From: an uncultured Gaiellaceae bacterium
GTDB lineage: Bacteria; Actinomycetota; Thermoleophilia; Gaiellales; Gaiellaceae
NCBI GenBank assembly: GCA_963842285.1
Contig: CAWJFZ010000011.1
Location: forward strand, 332,120-396,119
Length of the DNA: 64,000 nt
Direction: 5' to 3'
A program made the translations under genes and the position numbers. The notes below the pieces were generated by a model. The model saw nothing but the letters and a program-made list of their open reading frames with translations, was not told the DNA's origin and made no database searches. This document shows, in pieces, positions 36,508 through 45,370 of the stretch (position 1 is its first letter; the number at the start of each line of letters is the position of its first letter).

Positions 36508-37825
36508 GGGCCTTCGCCGCGCGCGAAGAGCGGCCGCGTCGCCTCGTCGAGCTGCTGCGCGACCTCGCCGCGCGGCGGCCGAGGTACAGCCCGTTCTCGA
36601 GGATCGGCTCGGACGCGTCCTCGATCTCCGGCCACGTCGAGATCGTCGGCACCCGGCGGATGGTCGGGATCCCGTCGAGGAAGACCTGCGGAGTTGCTCG
36701 GCGCGCTGCGACGGGTCGAGGAACGCGGGCGAGCGCGAGACCGCGATCAGCGACGGCACCGTGCGGCCGGTCCGGGCGATGATCGCGCTGGCCCTCCGGC
36801 CGAGGGCGAACTCGACGAAGCGCCAGGCCGCGTCCTTGCGGTCCGAGTCGGCGGTCATGCAGTAGGCGTCCGAGTGCAGGATCCCGGCCGGCTCGCGCAT
36901 GACCGGCAGCGGCGCCACGTCCCAGTCGAAGTCGTCGATCGTGCGGAAGGTCGGCGTCGAGCGCCGCGACGAGAGGAGCATCGCCGAGCCGGCCGTTCGC
37001 GAACCGCGCCTCGTCGTCCTCCGCCTCGACCTCGACGTCGGTGGGATCGACCCGTGCGCTGCGCAGGGCGAGGAAGTGCTCGAGCGCCTTCAGCGCCTCG
37101 GGGGTGTCGAGCGTGAAGCGGGTCGGCTGTCGCTCGTCGTCGACGAGCTCGCCGCCGTTCGACCACACGAACGGGGCGATCCGGATCAGCGTCGGCTCGA
37201 CGCCGAGCCCGTAGACGGCGACGGCTTGCGACGCGCCCCGCTGGTCGGGGTCGCAGGACGCGACCGGGATGCCGTTCTCGTCCGGCGTCAGCCGCGTCGC
37301 GATCGCGACCAACTCGGCCCACGTCCAGCCCGCCTCGCGGCTCCGGGACGTCGCGGCGCCGGAAGAGGTCGCGGTTGTAGTAGACGACGAGGCTGGAGAC
37401 GTTCTGCGGCAGGCAGAGCTGCTCGCCGCCGCCACTGGAAGGCCTCCATCGCCTGGGGGTAGAAGTCCTCCGGCTCGAAGGCGTCGGAGTCCTCCAGGCG
37501 CTCCGTCGATCGGCTCGATCGCGTCCTTGGCGGCGAACTGGCCGTAGAAGCGGTAGTTCATCAGGAAGACGTCGGGCGGCGAGCCGCCGGCGAGCGACGT
37601 CGAGAGCCTCGTGATCAGATCCGTGCGGTCGCTGGCCTCGATCGAGCTGGACGTGCGTCGTCGGGCTCGCTCCTCGCGGTAGGCCGCGACGACGTCGCGG
37701 TACGCCTTCAGCTCCTCCGGCTCGCCGAAGACGAGGAACCGGACGGGACCGCGCCGTCGTCCTCGCCGGCGCCGCCGCCACACCCGGCCGACGATCGCCA
37801 CGAAGGCGGCGAGAACGAGCACCAT
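36504..37825 (-). CDS. Extracellular solute-binding protein (family 1)
   Basis: ATG 37825 overlaps the upstream permease stop. LVFGEPEELKAYRDVVAAY, GGSPPDVFLMNYRFYGQFAAKDAIEPID, CLPQNVSSLVVYYNRDLF, WTWAELVAIA and GLGVEPTLIRIAPFVWSNGGELV are present. There are at least six frame changes. Confidence 0.85.
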
Positions 37826-38658
37826 CAACGCGCTGAGCCAATGCGACCCCCTTGTACTCGGTGAGGAACCAGCGCTGTGCCACGAGGAACACCGCCACGA
37901 CGGGCGCAGTGGCAACAACCGCACCCGCGAGCAGGACGCGGGTAGTCGGTGCGATCGAGCTCGGCGAGGGCACGGAGGCCGAGAGGCAGCGTGTAGAGGT
38001 CGGGGTCGTACAGGTAGATGAGCGGGTCGAGGAAGTTGCCCCAGCTGATCACGAACGCGAGCACGCCCACGCCGACCGTGACCGGGCGCACGAGCGGCAT
38101 CGCCATCCGCCACCAGATCGCGAACGGCGACATGCCCGCCAGCCGGCACGCGTCGTAGAGATCGCCCGGCAGGCGCCGGAAGGCCCAGGCGAAGACGAGC
38201 ACGTAGAGCGGCGAGGTCGCGAGCAGAGCGGGTGCGACGAGCGGCACGTAGCGTGTCCGTCAGCGCCGAGCGCCCGGAAGAGCGTGAAGCGCGGCACGAT
38301 CAGCGCCGTCGCCGGGATCATCAGCGCCACGACGGACGCGACGACGCACGAGCCGCGTCACCCGGCGCGGAGAGCCGAGGAGGGCGAACCCCGCCAGCGA
38401 GGCGACGAGGACGGAGAGCGGCGCCACCATCGCCGCGACGAACAGCGAGTTGAGGGCGTACCGGCCCAGGTCGACCAGGTCGAAGGCGCGGTCGTAGCTG
38501 CCGAGCCCGAGCGGGTCGGGCAGCAGCTGGGGCGTGCGCGGCGGTGGCAACTGCGGCTCGCGCAGCGAGCCCGTGACCATGAAGAGGAGCGGCAGGGCGA
38601 ACGTGACCGTCACGACGGCCGCGCCCAACGCCCGCAGCAGCACGGCTCCCTGGCGCAT
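37825..38658 (-). CDS. ABC sugar-type transporter permease (MalG/UgpE-like)
   Basis: ATG 38658. VVTVTFALPLLFMVTGSL, ALNSLFVAAMVAPLSVLVASLAGFAL, DACRLAGMSPFAIWWRMAMPLVRP (EAA loop) and GNFLDPLIYLYDPDLYTLPLGL are present. There are about three frame changes. Confidence 0.82.
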
Positions 38659-38689
38659 CGCGCGGATCCTAAGCCCCGGCCGCCTGAGC

Positions 38690-38719
38690 GAGGAGGCCGC
38701 CCTCACGGACGGCCTCCTC
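38690..38719 (-). terminator. Hairpin downstream of BNR paralogue 1
   Basis: GAGGAGGCCG-10 nt-CGGCCTCCTC forms a 10-bp stem about 30 nt after the stop at 38749. Confidence 0.5.
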
Positions 38720-38748
38720 GTCAGGTCGTGCTCGTCTGTCTGTCGGTG

Positions 38749-41582
38749 CTACTTGACCTTGGCGAGATTCAGCCGCCAGGCGCTGAGACCGTGCGTGGCG
38801 CCGTAGAGGATCCTCTCGTCCGCGATCATCTCCAGGCTCGTCACCTCGACGGCAGGCAGGCCCGGCGCGGACTCGGTCCACGTCGTCGTGCCGTCCGCGA
38901 GCCGCGAGACGCCGAAGTCGGTCGCCGCGTACAGGTCGCCCGTGAGGTCGTCGCGCACGAGGTCGTTGACCGGCAGGTCGCCGAAGTCGTGCGAGAGATC
39001 CGTCCACGTCGAAGTCCCCGCGACCGGGTTGTAGGTCACCTTGAACACGTGGCCCGGCGGGCCCGGGTCGTTGGCGTTGTAGCCGCTGTACGAGACCCAC
39101 GCCACGTTCCCGTTCTCCGGGTCGACGTAGATGCTCGACACGAAGCGGTTCGGCGAGACGCGGTTGTCGTCGTCGACGCGTGTCCACGTCACCGCGCGCG
39201 GCCGGCTCGGCCCCGACGTTCTTGGTCACGAAGACGCGGCCCGTCGTCGTCGCCGCCCAGGCGGTGGTGGTGTCGGCGGTCGTCCGCTCGACGGCCGCGA
39301 CCGCCCCACCGGCCTTGTCGCCCGTGCCCGGCGCCGTTCAGCGCGACCGCGTCGATCTTCACCCAGTCGCCGCACGGCAGGTCGAAGTCGCCCGTCCACC
39401 GTTGCAGCGGCGCTGCGCCTCCTCGTATGACATCGTGCCGAGGCCGTGGGTCTTCGTGCGGTAGACGCCGAGGCCGGTGCCGGCGAACATCCACTTCGTC
39501 GTCACCGGGTCGCCGATCACCGGCGCGTAGAACTGCGTGCCGGGATGGCCGAAGATCGGGTCGGCGATCCAGATCCACTTGGCGATGTCACCGCCGTCGA
39601 AGTTCACGTCCGGCGAGGCATCGAAGAACGAGTGGAAGCGGAAGTCCGGCAGCGCGACGTCGAAGCCGTTCCACCCGCCGTCGCCGATCATCGTGTTCTC
39701 CCAGGTCGGCCGGTTCCCGGGCGCCTCCCAGGTGCCGTTGTCCTGCGTCCCGCCCTGGACCAGCTGCGGGTCGTGCGGGCTCGCCTTCAGCTTGATCCAC
39801 TGCAGCGTGGAGAGGCCGTCGTTGATCCCGTCGAGCCGCGACGGGATCCGCGAGAGCATCTGCTGGCAGCGCGCCTTGTTCGCACCCGTGAGCCCGCGGT
39901 TCGGGTCGTCGCACCACGCCGAGCGGTCGACGAACTCGCCGCTCGAGCGCATGACCCCGCCGTCGCCGGCCTCGAAGAACTGGAACGGGTTGCTCGGGTT
40001 GGTGACGATCGCATGCTGGTCGGGATGGAGCCCGTTCGGATGCAGCTCGTCCGTGCCGTCGAAGGTCATGTCCGTTCCCGAGACGCCGGCGTCGGTCGAG
40101 AGGATCACGGCCCGCTTGTTCGCGATCGTCTCGCCGTAGCTGTAGTCGCCGCCTGCGTAGACGATGTCGGGATGGCCCTGCGGGCTGTGGACGAACATGT
40201 CGTACCAGCACTGCGGCTCGCAGATGTTGTGCCAGGCGAACCCGGTATCGGCCGTGCTCGGGCTCGTCAGGTCCTGGAACACCGGCGCCGCCGCGTTCGC
40301 GTTGTCGCTAGCGGAAGAGCCGCGAGTACGGGTGCCCCCGCCGAAGCCCTCGTAGACGTACAGCCGCGTCGCGCCGCCGTGCAGCTTGGTGACGGCGATC
40401 GCCGCCGCGGTTGGTGGTCGTGTTGATCAACGGCAGCTTGATCTGCGTCCAGGTCTCGCCGCCGTCCGTCGAGCGCCAGATGCCCCGCGCGTACGACGAC
40501 GCGTAGAGCGTCTGGTCGGGCGTCGTTCGGGTCGAACGCGATGTGCCGGACACCTCGCGGCGAGCACTCCGCTCGCCATTGTTGAACTCGGTCGTATCGC
40601 CGGCGCAGGCGGCCTCGTTCACGCCGCCGTTGTGGATGAAGCGCCACGTCGCGCCGCTGTCCGTCGACTTGTAGAGCCCCCAGTTGCCCGAGCCGGGCAC
40701 GGGCCGGGTGACGCCGGTGCAACACACCTCGGACATGCCGCGCAGCGCCGTCGTCGTGGCGGCGTAGATCACGTTCGGGCGCCGGGCTGGATCAGGATCT
40801 CGCCGATCCCCTTGCCCTTGAGCGGCCGTTGTTCGGCCCGCCGAGGGGCGTCAGGTTCTGCCGCCGTCGGTCGACCTGTACATCCCGACCCCGGCGACGC
40901 AGCCCGAGCCGCAGATGTTCGCCTCGCCGGTGCCGACGTAGATCGTCTCGCCGGTGGGGTCGTTCGCGTTGTCGATCGTGACCGACCCGGCTGCGTTGAT
41001 GCCGAGCGGGCCGCCCAGGTACTCCCATTGCGCGTTCCCGGCGAGCGCGTTCTTCGTCTTCCACAGCCCGCCGCCGGCGGGAGTGATGTAGATCGTGCAG
41101 CCGCGCCGGCCGCAGCGGTCGTCGATCTCGATGTCGGTCGTCCGGCCACCGGCCACGTACTCGTTCGGGACGTAGTTGAAGGCGTTCCGGAGCTCGGTGA
41201 ACGGATACAGCGCCCTGCTCGGGCCCACGGGGAACCAGGTCCCCGGCCTCTGGTTGCCCCTCTTGGGGCGGATGCGCTGGCTCGCCCAGGCGTTGCGCGC
41301 GGCCTGGACGTCACTCACCGCGATCGTCGTGTCGGGATACGCACGGGCCGCGAAGGCAGCCTCGGCCGCGCTGGACGGCCCCTCCCTTGCCATGCCCTGG
41401 TTTCCCGGGACTGATTGTCGGAGCGACGCGAGATGCTGTCCGAGCGCGGTAGGAACCTCGCCGCCCCCTGCGCCTGTCGCCGCCGGCGCGCCTCCGGACA
41501 AGGTGATGCCGGCCACGAGTGTCAGGCCGGCGAGCAGGACGATCGCCGCTGCGGCGAGCGCCTGCCTGCGTCTCCGTGCCAT
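38749..41582 (-). CDS. Secreted or anchored BNR/Asp-box beta-propeller protein, paralogue 1 (~940 aa)
   Basis: ATG 41582. The N-terminus is MARRRRQALAAAAIVLLAGLTLVAGITL. Repeated Asp-box SxDxGxTW motifs are present (YRSTDGG.TW, YKSTDSGATW, WRSTDGGETW), and the protein ends HGLSAWRLNLAKVK*. At least seven frame changes are needed. Confidence 0.8.
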
Positions 41583-41741
41583 GTCTCTCCCCTCTCGCAG
41601 GACACTGCGCGCGCCCGCGCGAGTGCCCGAGTCGGTGCGGCGACCTCCCTCGGCGCCGCTCCCCGATTCCTGCGCGGAGGAGAGTTACAAATCCCCGCCC
41701 GGCACGCCGGACGGAGGTGATATCACGGCCCGGAAACCGCA

Positions 41742-41768
41742 AAGGGCCGCCCAGTTTCGGCGGCCCTT
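41742..41768 (-). terminator. Terminator downstream of BNR paralogue 2
   Basis: On the minus strand, AAGGGCCGCC-7 nt-GGCGGCCCTT is followed by TGCGGTTTCC. It starts 28 nt after the stop at 41796. Confidence 0.6.
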
Positions 41769-41795
41769 CGCTCGTTCCCGTTCGGGAGGCGCCGG

Positions 41796-44621
41796 CTAGC
41801 GGCGGTCCCTCGTGCCGATGTTCAGCTGCCACGCCGCGAAGCCGTGCGTGGCCGCGTAGAGCACCCGCTCCTCCGCGACGAGCGTCAGGCTCGGGACCAT
41901 CACGTTCGGCAGCCCCGTCGCGGCCTCCGTCCACGTGCTCGAGCCCTTGGCGAGCAGCGACACGCCGAAGTCGTTCGAGACGTAGAGGTCGCCCGTGCGG
42001 TGTCGTAGGCAGCGTCCGTGGCGGGGGTGTCCGGCAGGCCCGCCGGCGTGCCCTCGCCGTCGATCCGCGTCCACGTCGCCGTGCCCGTGATCGGGTTGTA
42101 GACGACCTCGAACACGTGACCCGGCGTCGTCGGCGTGGCTGGCGCTGTAGCCGCTGTACGTGACGAAGGCCCGGTTCGGGTTGTTGCGGTCGGTGTCGAT
42201 CCCGCTGATGAAGCGGCTCGGGTCGATCGTCGAGTCGGTGTCGATCCGGTCGTGCACCGCCGCCGAGGCAGGCTCGACGTCGGCGTTCTTCGTGATGAAG
42301 AGCGCGGCCGAGTGGTCGTGCCCGTCCACAGCGTGGTCGAGTCCGTCTCGGCCCGCTCGATCATCGAGATGTCACCGCCGGCCCGGTCGCCGAGCCCGGC
42401 GGCCGTGAGGGCGGAGGGCCCGAGCCGGGCCCAGTCGCCGCAGAACGCGGCGAAGTCACCCGTGTACAGGTTGCAGCGGGCCCGGAACTCCTCGAGCGAC
42501 ATGGAGCCCTGGCCGGCGGTCTTCGTCCGCCAGACGCTGTCCTGGCCGAGGAACATCGTCTTCGACACCTTCGGGTCGCTGATCGCGGCCGGATAGAAGA
42601 TCTGCGTCTCGCCGTTCGTGAAGAACGTGTCCGAGATCCAGTTCCAGTCGGAGTCGTCGCCGTTCGAGAAGTTCACGAACACCTGCGGCGAGAAGAACAT
42701 CGAGAAGCGGAACTCGTCGATCTCGACGTCGAACCCGTTGTGGCCGCCGTCGCTGATGTTCGTGTTCAGCCACGTCTTCGCCACTCCCCTGCCACGTGCC
42801 GTTGTCCTGCGTCCCGCCCTGGAGCTGGCCGTGCTGGTGCGGGTTGGCGGACAGCGTGAAGAACTGCAGCGTCTGCAGGTCCGCGTTCATCGAGTCGAGC
42901 TTCGACGGGATCTTCGACAGCATCTGCTGACAGCGGGCCAGACGGACCGCGGTCAGGCCGCGTGTCGCGCACTGGGCCGACCCGTCGACGAGGACGCCGG
43001 ACGAGCGCACGAGCCCGCCGTCGCTGACCTCGAAGAACTGGTACGGGTTCGGACGGATTCATGACCAGCCCGTGCTGATCCGGATGGAGCTGGTTCGGGT
43101 GCACCGGATCGGTCACGTCCTCCGTCATGTCGTACCAGCTCGTGCCGCCGTCCTCCGACATCACGACGCCGCGGTGGTTCGCGGTCTGCTCGCCGTAGAC
43201 GTAGACACCGCCGATGTAGACCATGTTCGGGTTGCCGGGCGGGCTGTAGACGATCTGGTCGTACCAGCACTGGCCGATCCCGGCAGCCGGGTTGGCGCAG
43301 AGACCCTGCGATCCCCAGCCGGGCACCGCGGGATCCGGGCTCGACTTCTGCGTGAAGTCGCCGCACCCGCCACGTCCTCACCGACGTGGAACGTCGAGTC
43401 GATCGCGCCGCTCGCGCCGATCTGCAGGTACATCCGCGTCGTCGCACCCATGTCCGCGAGCGCGAACTCGGGCCGCTCGGTCGAGCCGTTCGCGAGCCGG
43501 TTCTCGATCGGCGCGAAGATCCGCGTCCACGTCGCGCCGGCGTCGGGCGAGCGCCAGACCCCGGTGCCGTACGAGCTCGCGTAGATCACGTTCGCGTTGT
43601 TCGGGTCGATCGCCACCCGGCGGACACCGCGGGTCGAGCAGGGCTGTGCTCCCGTGATGTCCTGGTTGCAGCCGGCGAGCGTCGCCGCGCCGTTGTGGAT
43701 CCACGTCCACGTGGCGCCGCCGTCCGTCGACTTGTAGAGGCCCCAGTTCGCGGCGCCGATCGGCGTCGAAGTCGCACCGCCGGTCGTGGCCGAGATGCCG
43801 CGCACCGCCCGGGTCGAGGCCGCGTAGATCGTGTTCGGGTCACCCTGCTTGATCGCGATCGAGCCGACGGCGCGGCCACGGAACTCGGCCTCGCCCAGCT
43901 TCGTCCACGTCTCGCCGCCGTCGGTCGACTTGTAGATGCCGACGCCCGCGGCGGCGCTGCCTGCCGCGTTCGCCTCGCCGGTGCCGACGTAGAGCGTGTT
44001 GGCGGTGGGGTCGTTCGGGTCGAGCGTGATCGAGCCCATCGCGTTCAGCTCGAACGAGCCGGACAGGAACTTCCACTTCGGCTTCTTGTCGAGTGCGTCG
44101 TCCGTGCGCCACACACCGCCGCCTGCCGCGACGATCCACAGCCGGCAGTCGCCCTTCACGCAGGTGGGAGCGATCGCGACGGCGGGCATGCGGCCGCCGG
44201 CCACGTATTCGCCCGCGACGTAGTCCGTGCGCGTCCGGAACGGGGAGAGCGGATAGAGGGCGCTGCTCGGACCGACGCTCACCCACTGTCCCTTCTTCCC
44301 GGTCCCCGTCGGGAACGGCTTGCCCTTCGCGGTCTTCCAGTCCGCGCGCGCGATCGCGATCCACGAGTACGCGACGCCCTCGGCCGGATACGCGCGGGCG
44401 AGGTCCTGCTGTTCCTCCCACGAGGCCGGGGTCCCCAGCGTCGTGCCGTTCGGGGCAGCCCGAAGGCTGCCGAAATGTGCGCTGAACGCGCTCGGGAGCT
44501 CGCCGCCACTGGCCGGTGCGGCCGTGGACGAGCCCGAAAGCGTGATCGTGGCCACGAGCGCCGAAGCCGCGAGGATCGCGATCCCTGCGACGACGAGCGC
44601 CTGACGGCGTCTGCGTGTCAT
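41796..44621 (-). CDS. Secreted or anchored BNR/Asp-box beta-propeller protein, paralogue 2 (~940 aa)
   Basis: ATG 44621 with GGGAGAGGG upstream. The N-terminus is MTRRRRQALVVAGIAILAASALVATITL. Asp-boxes are YKSTDGGETW, YKSTDGGATW and WRSPDAGATW. By eye it is collinear with paralogue 1 along its whole length and ends HGFAAWQLNIG...*. There are at least six frame changes. Confidence 0.8.
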
Positions 44622-44840
44622 CCCTCTCCCTCTCTCTGTGTGCCTACGAGCACGTTGCCCCTGCGTGCCCGCTGCTGCGACCGGTTCCTCGAGGCTCGCC
44701 TCGAGCCGCTCGACGATCTCGCGGTTCAGGCTCTGACCGGACCGTGACGCAATATCACGCAGCCGCTCACCCAGTTCGGCGGGCATGCGCAGCAAGAAGC
44801 GATACGGCTTGGTCTCCCCGGCCAAAGTCGGGGCTACCAT
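44618..44840 (-). CDS. Arc/MetJ-type ribbon-helix-helix (RHH) DNA-binding protein
   Basis: ATG 44840 (the ORF track begins at a TTG, 44864). KPYRFLLRMPAELGERLRDIASRSGQSLNREIVERLEASLE is an RHH beta-alpha-alpha pattern. No in-frame stop precedes the downstream BNR gene. A TGA overlapping that gene's ATG is reached only after a 1-nt frame change. Confidence 0.6.
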
Positions 44841-44952
44841 CGCAGAAAGTCTTTGCAATATCAACTCGGGGCGAGCCCGTCGATATCACTGCTCGTGTTA
44901 GGAAAGTGTTTGGAGCGGTGTCGGTGGCGACGGTCGGGGGCACACTGCGGGC

Positions 44953-45297
44953 ATGCGCACAGTCCTCATCACCCTGGTCCTCGGTTGCATCGTCGCGAGC
45001 AGCGCCGCCGCGACCTCGCAGGCGCGCCCGGCGCTCCGTGTCGTCGACAAGCAGCCGCTCGTCGTCCGCGGGGCCGGCTTCGGAGCGAACGAGTTCGTGA
45101 CGCTTCGCGCCACGTGGCGTGCGAAGTCGATCGTCCGCCGCGTTCGCACCGGTGCGGGCGGAGGCTTCACAGCCCGCTTCGACGGCACCGCCTTCGACTT
45201 CTGCGCGGGCTTCACCAGCCTCCGTGCGACCGGCGCCCGCAGCGGCACCGTCGTGATCAGGCCGACGATTCGGCCCTGCGTGCACCTCGGCGACTAG
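44953..45297 (+). CDS. Small secreted protein (114 aa), unknown function
   Basis: ATG start and signal peptide MRTVLITLVLGCIVASSAAATSQA. The mature part is beta-rich and contains two Cys. The ORF is uninterrupted. Confidence 0.6.
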   Translation: MRTVLITLVLGCIVASSAAATSQARPALRVVDKQPLVVRGAGFGANEFVTLRATWRAKSIVRRVRTGAGGGFTARFDGTAFDFCAGFTSLRATGARSGTVVIRPTIRPCVHLGD

Positions 45298-45320
45298 CGC
45301 GGCCCGAGTCCGAGAACGAC

Positions 45321-45346
45321 GAAGGGGCGGCCGTGGCCGCCCCTTC
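45321..45346. terminator. Hairpin between convergent genes
   Basis: GAAGGGGCGGC-CGTG-GCCGCCCCTTC forms an 11-bp stem between the stops at 45297 (+) and 45371 (-). Confidence 0.65.
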
Positions 45347-45370
45347 GCCTCTTCCGGAGGTGCCCAACCC

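Noticed and set aside
44618-44864. RHH protein as the antitoxin of a toxin-antitoxin pair.
   Set aside because: No toxin-like small ORF (PIN, RelE/ParE, MazF etc.) is adjacent. The downstream gene is a ~940-aa exported propeller protein, and the upstream neighbour is a divergent secreted protein.
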